From Adineta vaga (lineage: Eukaryota; Animalia; Rotifera): DNA of 64,000 nt. The stretch's first letter is position 1, and every line of letters starts with the position of its first letter. The position numbers were made by a program, and so were the translations under genes. The stretch covers positions 310,001 through 374,000 of the forward strand of contig CP075493.1 in the NCBI GenBank assembly GCA_021613535.1. Reading direction: 5' to 3'. The notes beneath the pieces are model-generated. The model did no database searches and was not told the DNA's origin. It worked only from the letters and a program-made list of their open reading frames with translations. Below are positions 50,878 through 62,400 of this stretch, piece by piece.

Positions 50878-52557
50878 AGTCATTTTAACAGATGGTTCGC
50901 TCTAATTTCGGTCGTTCATACATCCGTCGACAGAGGACCTCCATTACGCTAAGATCAAAAAAGAATTTCGATCGATGGCTTTTGCTTCGTAAGTTATGTC
51001 AATTTTCTAATTTTCCCAGCGAAAATCGGTAGAAAAAGAAAAATCCTGGGTTCACCGAGAGAAGTTATCGAGAACTGAAATTCTCATTTGTGTTCGCCTT
51101 AAGAGTCCTTACATATCTTGAAAGTTGTACATGTCTACATTAAATACTGATAATAAACTTTTTCGACGCAGAAACGAATGAAGAAAATATACATCTTAAA
51201 ACTGGAGGTCACTGTGCGGTAGGAGATATGCAAGGCTTGCTAACAATATTATTCGTCAGATAAACGGTCACTTGTATCACTATTTCATCGATTAGACGTT
51301 GGTAAAAAAATTAGGAGACGAAATCTCTCACTGTTTTTTAGAAGAATCTGGTACGATTCTTCTTACCGCCAGAAAAATCCTATAACTCAAAAAAAGAAAG
51401 TGGTAGACATGTGAAACTTTGAGGATATGTGAGGATCCTTAGGACTAGAACCAATAAGAATGTCCGCTTGCTATGAACTTCCTGGATTAAACGATGGTTT
51501 TTTCTTTTATACCTGTTTTCGCTGGGAAAATCAGAAAACGGACAGTAACTTCCGAAGCAGAAGTTATCGACCGAAATTCTGTTACGATTTTTACCTAATG
51601 GACTTCCTCTATCGAAGGATGTATGAGTGGACGAAATCAGGATGAGGCACCTGCATATGTGTCCTTCTGTGATGAAGTGATGAATGTGAGCGTAAACAGA
51701 AAAAGCTGTTAACGAACGAAACAAGTGAAATGAGATCAACGAGGTTTTAAAGTATAGTAACCATTGAAGGAAGGGAAAAGATATTCAGATTAGAACATTT
51801 AAAAAGCATCTGAATGAAATGCAAAACAGAAAAAGATTAGACGAATTTGGTTTGATTTTCGTATTTTGATTCCATAAGGTTTACGCAAATAAATCTTTTT
51901 CATTACGACGGTCAAAGTTTCTTCTACTAATAAAATGAGTATCAACCATATTTCAGCTTGCGACATCGACACAAAATAGAACACATAGACGTCGTTCTAA
52001 GGAAGGGTGGAATCCACTCTGCTCTTGATTTCGCAACCGTGGTTAAGTTTTGAGAGTTCCGAGGAAACTACTCCCCAAAACACTTAAACTTCAAACGTCT
52101 TCATGATATTCTGTGTTGAAATGATATTCTTCGCACAAGAAAACTTATCACTGTGATCCCACTGCATGGGCGAATCCGCTAGGGAACGACAGGAGACAGT
52201 TGTCCTTCCTCTCCTTCGACAGATTTTTAAGAGCCAAAACGATTTCACTGTTTCCGCCATTTCAGATACTTTCTTTGCGAAATTAACACATATCTTTAGT
52301 TTCGCAAATTAGTTTGAGCTATTGCCGGGATTCTTTCGGTTGATTTACAGTAAAGGACGGCGTTTCTTCGCGCTATGCGTTTGTATTCGCATGAATGAAC
52401 AAATTACGGATCGCTTCATGTGCATGTCGATATAGATTTTTTTTCACTGCTTATAAAACGTCAGAGACCATTTTCACTTACGCTTGTTTCTTTTCGTGCG
52501 CTAGAATAACTTTAATCTCACTATAGATACAACTAGCTATTAGTTAACAGCAAATTC

Positions 52558-54246
52558 ATCACGACAGACTTCAGCGAGATACCAGTGATTGATTTCGGTC
52601 GATATCTAAATGGCAGTAAAGAAGAAAAAGTTGAAGTCGCCAACCAAATTGGCGAAGCATGTCGTAATGTTGGGTTTTTCTATTTGAAAAACCATGGTGT
52701 GTCTGAAAAGCTGACCGAAGATGTAATGACACAAATGAAACGATATTTCGCTCTCCCACTAGATGTTAAAATGAAATGTGCCGTGGGAGACATGTCCAAG
52801 GGTCAGGTTCGTGGATTTTTGACCTATCTCAGAGCAGAATGTCCAGACATTGGCGATCAAAAGGAGTCATTTAATTTCGGTTTGGAGTTGAGCAACGACG
52901 ATCCTGACGTCAAAAGAGGAGCAACGCTATGAATTATTCGTAAAGGACATACGAGGGAGGAAAAACTGAACAGTTTTGGAAAGAACAAGGGCAAATCATT
53001 CGTTCATAATGTTCCATAAGAGATATCCCGTCACATTAAAACGCTGTGGTTCTTAACAATTAACTTGATTTAGACTCAGTTTGTTCGTTAACTTCTTTTC
53101 CCACTTGTCAAAATTATTTCATATTGGACTTTGTAGCAGTGAATCTCGTTAGCTTAGATACGGTGAACAGTGGTACAAGTGAGAAAAAACATCATTTATG
53201 TATGATCCCTGCAGGGTCCTAATGTGTGGCCAGACATGGAAGGTAAGAGTATGCGTAGATGTGTTAAAGAATAAATGCAACACTTTATACTATTTTACAG
53301 GATTTCGTGAGATTGTTTATGATGGTTATTATTTGACTGTCAAAGAATTAGCCTATCAACTTGCTGGAGCATTTGCATTGGCACTAAAACTACCCCGGAG
53401 ACTATTTTGTTCCGTTAACGGACAAACCTGTGGCTAACATGTCCGTCATATATTATCCATCACAGTCATTAGATAAGCCCCTTGATAAGAATCGCATAGG
53501 TAAGTAAAATGTTTTTCCTTTTCTATTTCATTTCAAACGTATGATACACCAATGCTGTGTAACTCGACTAAGGATTATCGAAGGAACTCAATCTCTGGTT
53601 TCAAATTTCAAAGAGACCTTCGCCCTTAAGCTTGTGTCATTTCATACGAAAATGTACAAGTGAAGTACGGGTGAAGTAAGCACTCCTGAAGTCTCGCTTT
53701 TCCCCCTTACCTTCTTCTCATTCCATCAAGGTTTTCTGTATGTCTCTGGTTTTCGGATCATAATATGTAATATATTTGTTGTTATTTTCACCAATACAGG
53801 ATCTCTTCAACACACTGACTTCGGAGGCTTTACACTTCTGCAACAATCAAGCGATGTCGTAGCATTACAAGTGCAAAATATCAAAAACGAATGGATCGAT
53901 GCAAAACCAATTGAAGGAACATTTGTTGTGAATATTGCCGATACCACGCAGCGATGGACAAACGATCAATTTATTTCAACATTACATCGTGTGATCAATG
54001 TGAGTGACAAAGAAAGATATTCGATTGGGTTTTTCTTTGGGCCGAATTATTTTACGAGGGTTGACTGTCTACCGACATGTTATGATGATAAAACAAACCC
54101 AAAAAAGTACGAACCAGTTCTATCAGGTGAGTTCGTACTTCATCGTCTCAAAACATGTCATCTAACAGATAACGACGACCGAGATATTGGAAGACTACCG
54201 GGTGTACCAAAAAAATAATATCGCCAAAAATGGACATGCATCGTAA
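52558..54246 (+). pseudogene. IPNS-like dioxygenase paralog D (close to A), pseudogene
   Basis: ATG>ATC at 52558; ~280 bp insertion 52929-53210 in exon 1; +1 frameshifts near 53395 and 54212; introns 53243-53300 and 53500-53799. Confidence 0.9.
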
Positions 54247-55066
54247 TACGATTGACAGATTCCGAAATTCACTATCGATTTTATCATTTTATAATTTACA
54301 TTTCACAGTGACGTATAATAATATAAATGCAAGTGTTTCTAATTTCATTAGTTAATTTATAATAACATTGATTATGCAAAAGCTATCTTAACAATAAATT
54401 TGATTTTGATATTAGTCTACGTTTGCACCTTTTTTGCAGTAAGTTGAATGAAACCTTTGTGGACACGATGAAATACAGTGTTGAAAATACATCTCTGAGA
54501 AACTATTGCTTTCTTTTCGTCGTTGGTTTTGGATGCTCATGTATTTATGTTAAGTTTATTGTTTTTTAGAAGCACTGAATAAGTAACTGTAACGGAATAT
54601 TCTCTAACGTCGCAACAAACTGGCGCCACGAATAGGAAGTGTTGTCTAAGCTCGATCACCTGACTACATGTTCCTTTGTTTTACCATTGGGGCAAGTCTC
54701 TTCTTTAAGATTTTATCCTTAACGGCTCTATTCAATACTTTTTATTGGAAAGCTTCAAGTACAACTGCCCGTGATATAAATGTAACTTATGTTCAGTTGT
54801 GTTGCTTATAATCGTTGTGATGAATGAGAACTCCTCAACTGACGAGTCCACGCCGTTGTTTTTATTTCTTTATTTAGATTCAGATGGGAATAAATTTTCT
54901 ACTCGTTTTTCACAATTAGAAAACCAGTACAAGTATCATTCGTGGTCAAATGTTTCTGTCGATTAATAAAACTAGATTTTTCAGTGATGTGAAGGATTCT
55001 GACAAGAGAAGCCTATCGACTATTGAAATGCTGTAACGCTCACATTCTAACCATAAGTGAGACTTA

Positions 55067-55817
55067 CGAGGGAAGGTCCCCAAGTGTGAAGCTCCGTTTT
55101 GAATTGAACATATGCCATTTTGTAGAGCTCAGTGAGACTAGCAAAAGTCTAAAAGGCTTTCTCCCAAGGGGGAAAAAGCGAGACTTCAGTCTAAATACTT
55201 CACTGGTACTTCAGCCGTACTTCACTCGTACTTTATTTTACTTCAAATACCGTCTGAAGTAGATGAAGTCCCGCTTTTCCCCCTAGGTTTCTCCCCATAG
55301 GCCTTTGGAGTCGAGCTATAGCCCTTTTACTGAATTTTTGACCATTTTCTCGATACTGAGTAATAAATTCATATAACTGAGTTTGACCTGAAATTTTGTC
55401 CATAGATTGGCCTAGTCATCTTTAGATTACCTTGAAAATTTCAGCTGAAATGAATGTTCCTTTATCGAGATATTGAATTATTAAAAAATTATCGCTTATT
55501 ACAGACAAGGCCCAAAATGCCAGCTTACTTGAGAATCCAATATCTCGATAAAGGAACATTCATTTCAGCTGAAATTTTCAAGGTAATCTAAAGATGACCA
55601 GGCCAATCTATGGACAAAATTTCAGGTGAGAACTCAGTTATATGAATTTATTACTCAGTATCGAAAAAATGGTCAGAAATTCAGTAAAAGGGCTATAGCT
55701 CGACTCCAAAGGCCTATGGGGAGAAACTCTTTTAGACTTTTGCTAGTCTCATTGAGCTCTAGAAAATGGCATATGTTCAATTCAAAACGGAGCTTCACAC
55801 TTGGAGACCTTCCCTCG
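55067..55817. mobile_element. Tc1/mariner-type foldback element with ~280 bp arms
   Basis: TA|CGAGGGAAGG ... CCTTCCCTCG|TA; near-identical arms and a ~55 bp spacer. Confidence 0.85.
55165..55286. mobile_element. hAT-type MITE nested in the left arm of the foldback
   Basis: CAAGGGGGAAAAAGCGAGACTTCA ... TGAAGTCCCGCTTTTCCCCCTAG; TSD CTTTCTCC/GTTTCTCC; absent from the right arm. A solo end of the same family lies near 53690-53708. Confidence 0.82.
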
Positions 55818-57115
55818 TAAGTAGGACTCGAGAAACCTCGAAAGATCTCTACTCATAGATCTTTTTGGTGCAGATACGAGCGTTGTAAACTTAAGGTCAT
55901 AAGTGTATCTAAATTACTTTTTGTGTTTGAGTTAAAGTATTATTATATATGTCAAGACAAAAAGTTTTTTTAAATACTCATAGATAAAACGTGAAGCTGC
56001 CGAGAGAAGTAATGTATTGTGCTCGTCTGTTGATGTAACTGTTATACAAAAGATGCCGAAATTACTAATATTTTAATAAAATAGCATTATTACAGATATG
56101 TATTTCGTATGTGATTATACACATCCTTCAATTATTTTTATGTCTTATTTCGCTTGCATGTCTTGTTATTTTTCCTGTATGTTTTATTCGCATTTGGCGA
56201 ATATGTTTTGTAGAATTTCATCTAGAATCAGAGCGAGCATTAAGGACGGAATAAGAAGTGCTTTGTATAAAGATTTTACATAGTTCAATTCGTTTTATAA
56301 TCTTGTGTAATCTGTCTACGAATTTTTTAAAGATTGTTTCGTTTTATATTTTACGATCTTTTGAAACTTCTCTTATCCCTGTTAAATATATCGGCGAGTT
56401 TAGCTACAGATAAAATAATAGAAAGAAAAACGTGTACATGATCTACACTAACAACGTCGTTTATCTTCTATTTAATCTTGTTTCAAACAGACCAGCACTT
56501 GTGAATACATTATTTTTAGTTGTTCTTTTGATTTAATTGCATGTTTTGGCTTTGTAGTCTGTTAAACTTTCAAATAAAAATACTTCCGCAACCTCTACAA
56601 AACTTTCAGGATGATTTGTAGGAAAACATCTAAAGCATTGACATCCACGAGTAGTTAGAAAAATAACCTTTTATCTTGGTATATATGTTAATATTTTAAT
56701 TTAGACGCAAAAAACAATATATATATACATTTATGACCGTAAATTTGAGACGTTCGTATCTCGGTCAAAAAGGCTCATGGGCAGAAATCCTTTTAAGATG
56801 TCTCTAGTTCTCCTAAGTCCCAGTGAGAGTCAGCATGTGACCCTTAAAGCTTTTAATCAGTCGATGGAATTCGCTCGTCGATCAAAAGCGTTACAAGTCA
56901 TTAAAAAAACTAAGGTGTTGCACGAACTTTTACATAGAGCTCACGTAGCATTTGTCTCCGTGCGGGTGAGGATGAAAATCTTTCTATCTTTCTTCTACAA
57001 TTACAGAATGCTTTATTAAAGTGAAGAAGTAGAAATTTTAGAAGAAGATGAACTATCGTCAAAAGCACGATCAACATTATCTGAAATTGATAGAAAAGAA
57101 AAAGATAAACGAGCA

Positions 57116-58310
57116 AAAAGAAAGGAATATTTAGGTATGAATGGTCAAAGGAATTTACATTTCTAAAGGAATATAAACCAGATAAATCCCAAGCAATATG
57201 TATGGCATGTAATTACCAGTTTAATGGTCATTGTGGAGAAAAACTGATGTAATTCAACACTTTAAAAGTAGTAACACTTAAAAAATATGTTAACCTTTAG
57301 CGTTGAGCGTCAATTGATTACTTTGACGCTGAAACCAAATTGTGAAAAAGATGAAATAGTTGCAGGTGAAGCTACTCTAGTTTATCACGGTTTTAGACAT
57401 GGAATCTCATATTTAGCTCAACAATGTACAACCAATGTTTTAAAAAATTTGTTTTCGTCATCTTCATTTGCTAATTCTTTATCATGTGAACTTACTAAAG
57501 TAGCAGCTGTTGCAATAGATGTTTTAGCACCTTACTTTACACATCATGTTATACAAGAAATGAAACTTGCTTTTCACTATTCTCTTTCATTCGATGCCAG
57601 TAATAAAGACAATTTAAAAACTTATCCGTTTTGTGTTCCATACTTTTCAGATGTAAGTGATAAAAAAGGTGACATTTCGAAATTTTAATCTCTGACATTA
57701 CGATGAATTATATTTTTTCAGCTATTATTGATTTCATCGATGATTCAAGTGAATCAGCAATTGATGTACATCAAAGTACATGTCAAATATTAGATAAATA
57801 TGAATTAAATCTCGCTGGATTAACAACTATCGAAGCAGACAATACTAATGTAAATATGAGAGAGTGTCATAGTGCATTTGCACTTTTCCGTGATGAAAAG
57901 CCAACTTTACTAAAAGGTAATCCAATATACACCATCCTTGATATATAACACGTTGCATAGAAATGAACAACATGAAGAATAAGATGTTTTAAAACTAAAT
58001 CTCGTACTTCAAGATAATCTTTCGTTTTGTTCTTGGTCTTTTTTAGGATCGTGTCATAATCATATTTTACATAACAGTATTAAACATGCACATAAATTAT
58101 TGCCTATTGGTACAGAAAAACATTTATTAACTAGATATGCTCATTTTTCTCGACGAGCAAAAAGAATTGCTAAATTAAAGTGTTTTTATGAATTCTGCGG
58201 ACAAGATTATTTGGTAAGAAATGTAATGTTTCTTCTGAAACGATAATATTATTAACAAATTAATTGCTTTTGTTATTTGTGTTTAGATAATTCTCAAATA
58301 TACAAAAGAA
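57116..58310 (+). pseudogene. Intron-containing hAT-like transposase remnant
   Basis: Zn-finger AICMAC...H...QH; AGEATLVYHG; SLSFDASNK; ADNTNVN; C..HILHNSIKH; multiple frameshifts; 3'-truncated. Confidence 0.7.
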
Positions 58311-58408
58311 AAGAAAGCTTAGCTACCACTACGGTTATCATTTAGATATTGGAGTAATACTTCAAGGTTTTTTTTAATTCTAATTAATAAGATAATGAAG
58401 CATATCAA

Positions 58409-58494
58409 AGCAACTTGATGAGACCTTTGAGAAGGGTTGAAACTAGCCGCAGATTTCTTTTCCATAATACTCACCCTCTCCCTCAAGATAGTGA
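58409..58494 (+). other. Degenerate hammerhead followed by a telomere-like tract and CCCTCAAGATAGTGA
   Basis: TTGATGAG-ACCTT(TGAGA)AGGGT-TGAAA-CTAG, then TAATACTCACCCTCTCCCTCAAGATAGTGA. Confidence 0.45.
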
Positions 58495-59492
58495 ATATAG
58501 GTTAGGATGTTTGTGAAATATAAGAGAGATTCTGGTTGTTAGTGTTGATGGGAGTCATTTTACGGTGTTTGTTAAGGAAACAGTTTTACTATAACTCGTA
58601 CAAAATGGGTGTGAATCAGTATAAATCGTCACATTGTGGGTGTTTGTAAGTGGAAGTTTTGTGTGATTTTGAAAAGTTGCATCTTTGAGTTGTTAGCATG
58701 AATTACTGGTGTTCTTCCCTTGCTGAGTAAATATTCTTCGAAAAATCATTGAAATCATCGAACATTTGTCTGTGGATAGGTCTTGATAGAGACAGCGTTT
58801 GGGTCTCTAGAACCGACACCATAGGACGTTTCCCTTAAGAATGAAAGTTTTTACAAAACTCTTTGCTTTGTTTTGAAAGTTCAAAATCTTTATTATCTAT
58901 CGAATTCATTCTAATAAAACGCACTAGTATAATTGTTGACATCTAAATCGTCATTAAACAACAAAAAGCAACACTAGCAGATAAAGAATCGACAATAAAG
59001 ACGATAAACAAGTTGTCAGCGTGTAGGTGTCGTCGTCTATTAATAACACCTAACATAAGATATAGGCGAATATAAATATTCCATCTCTTTGACGATCCAT
59101 TAATCGTCAAAGCTGAGATTTGCAAGCCATCTTACGAATTCCTTAAGCAGAGGTGAAATCGCGATCGTAGTTACTGTCAGACTCTCTTCGCCACGTCGCT
59201 CTAGAGTGCGGTAAATTTCTTGATTTCGGACTAAATTCATTTACTGAAACCCGTGAGATCAATGGAGTATGGTTGGTCGTGTCTCTGTAATGGCTCCTAG
59301 ATACAGAAATCTAGAGAAAACGTTCAAGTAGGCATGTGTTGAAATTGACAATTTTATTCGAATGAAATTTGCATACTTTGTTAGAGTCAAAATGAAATGA
59401 TAAATATAAAGTTAGTAAGCTTTAGTCATAAGTTTTTTTATGAATATGCTATTCATAAAATGATATATAGTCATCGGCAGATGTGAAACCTG

Positions 59493-62400
59493 TTAGTGTG
59501 ACGATGCATGTTCTTTTTCGACAGTGCCGTTTTTTGGCGTATGCGGTAGTCTTCCGATGTCGGTATCGGCAAAGTTTGGCTGATACTGGTCATAAAGTCG
59601 AGTGGTAATAAATTCACCAGCAAGAATTGGGTCGTATTTTTTGGGGCATTTTTCATTATCATAGCACGTTGGTAGACAATCAATGTTTGCAAAATAATTC
59701 GGCCCATAAAAGAAACCTATTGCATATCGTTCCTTGTCACTTATATTGATTACACGATGCACTGTAGAAACGAACTGATCGTTTGTCCAACCTACTGTTC
59801 ACAAATGAGCAGCAAAGAGATTAGTAAAATACTTAGTTATTGAAAATATATCTGTCGTCATTTGGGAATATGTCCTATCGTTGCATTGTATCGCCAATGT
59901 TGATAACAAATGTACCTTCAATCGGCTTTGCGTCAACCCATTCTCCCTGGCGATTTTTTACCTGTAATGCTACTACATCGCTCGATTGTAGTAGAAGTGT
60001 AAAACCTCCAATATCTGTGTGTTCACGACATCCTATATTTAACAAAAGAACAGAATATATAATAAACTGTATCCTGTGAATATCTGATTAATTCTGACTC
60101 GGATCCTCAAATCCAATGATTTAATCTATTATGGAGAAGAGAAATCTTCCATAAAAATCTTCAATATCGCTTCTAGATTTTGTTTAGATCTCATACTACA
60201 ACGTTTATTCATTACACTGTTCGGTACATGACTAGTACAGGGTGTCCCATAAGTAGCGCTACGATAAAAGATTCGAATATCTTCACTCTAGTTCAATCAA
60301 ATGGACTGATTTTTTAGGTTGATGATAGGACTTGATTCAAAGTTTTTCTTCATGTAAATAAATTAAACAAATACTTGCACTAAGTACTATTGCTGACTCC
60401 TATAAAGAAGTGTTACCTGTAATCGTATAAGACAAATATAGACGAAGCATTCGATAGATAGGATTTCATTAATATCTCAGAAAATAACTAGACTGGATCG
60501 AAACAAACTTTGTTTATAATACAATATTGTTGCTAATAGAAAAAAATCTTACAAATAGGTAGCTCAAATGCTGAAATTCGGATTCTAAAACTAAAATGAA
60601 TCATGCAAGTTCTTTGGCCAGCAAATAACCGATTTTCTTGAAAAAGCCAGTATGTCATGGTGGGAAATTTGGAATATTGTGGTTACTGGTTTATCAACTA
60701 ACTAGTTCTGAGATTTTTCTTTATTAGCATTAATGTTGTATCATTCACAAAGTTTGTTTCTGTCCTGTCTAGCTATTTTCTGAGGTATTACTTAAAACCT
60801 ACTTGTCGAAGCTCCCTATATATTTGTCTTACACGATTATAGACAACGCTTCTTTATAGGAGTCAGCAATAATACTTAGTGCAAGTATTTGTTTACATTA
60901 TTCATATGAAAAAAAACTTTGAATCAAGTCCTATCATCAATCTAAAAGTCAGTCCGCTTGATTGAACTAGAGTAAAGATAATGAAATCTTTTATGATAGT
61001 GCTACTTATGGGACACTCTGTATATCTTTGAAGCTTTCAAGATATTTTTACAGAACGGATTCAAGGTAGTTAGGATCATGACCAGTCAACCTCTAATAAA
61101 AACGATATTATCAACATGCTTAGAAGGCTTCAGATATAACTGAAGAGGTTTCGAACCAGTCTAAATCAATTATTGACGTCTCTAATATGAAAAAGTAATA
61201 ATCTTATTGTTTCTCTCTGCGATATTACATATAGAAACACATCATTAGCAAGTATTTCATATTTTTCTCCTCGTTCCGACTTAATTACTGGAAGCTTCCA
61301 AAACTGAGCGCTCGATATCGATGTGGCAGTTTTTGGAACACTCTGTATGGTACTATAATTAATGGTTACGATTGTCGAAATTATATGACGACAATGAGAT
61401 AGTATTTGTAGTTCCCATTCTGAATAAAGACACTTTACTCAGATGTTGAAGAACTTGACTCTCAATTCGTATGATAAAAAATCATAGTTTCTGCTCTCGA
61501 TACTTTTTATTAAAGTTATCTTCTCTTATAAAACCAACTCATGTCAGAATATCGAGTGGAGAATGATCTAATAAGCAGCCGTTTCTCTCGTTCTATCTTT
61601 TTTCTCATATGAAAGAATTAAGCTGCTAAAACATACGTCGAGGCTTATGTTTCTTTTGAACGCAATACTTCTGTCACAGAATTTCTTTTAAAATAGCACA
61701 AAAATGCTATTCGTATCGATTAGGGACTGATATAACAACTGGGAAAAAAAATGTTGGCATTACTTCTACTCCAAAAAGATTACTCATTTGTTTTGACAAT
61801 AGACTTCAAATGTAATAAGTACTTATTGAAATAGCAAACCAAGAAAATTATGCGATTGATGGCGACTGCGGATGAAATGATCTCATAGCCAACAAACCTT
61901 TAGATAATAAGCTAGTATAGTGGCTAATGTAGCACCAAAAATCCGTATAACTTTTCTTCCGGATGAAAAAATAAAATCCTAGATTGTTTTACGCGACCAC
62001 AATCGAAATAAATTGCGCACTGTTTTTACTAATGGGACAGCGAACAATGGAAGCTTTTTAGGTATCTCCCTTCGATTTCACCGATTTCTGACCTTTAGAT
62101 ACAATCTAGTGCCGTTTTAAAAATCCTAAAAAGGTTTCAGTTACTAACGCTTTCTTCAGAAGTTATGAGTAGTTTTATTTCGCTCTCACAGTGTGCAACA
62201 TCGAATAGTAAGAAATTCATAGTTCTACCACAAACTTTGGTATAAAAGTCAGAACGCTGCTTTTCTAGTTGCTCTTGACCTTCAACAGTAATCAATTTCT
62301 CATCTCATGTTGATCAATACTTCTGAAGTGTGCATATAGGTTACTGATAATGTTTTATTCATACATTACTTTGTTGCTAGTACACGTATTAGTCAAATTG

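Noticed and set aside
51204-51216. CACAGTG (Transib/RSS-like) terminus
   Set aside because: No convincing partner end or TSD found.
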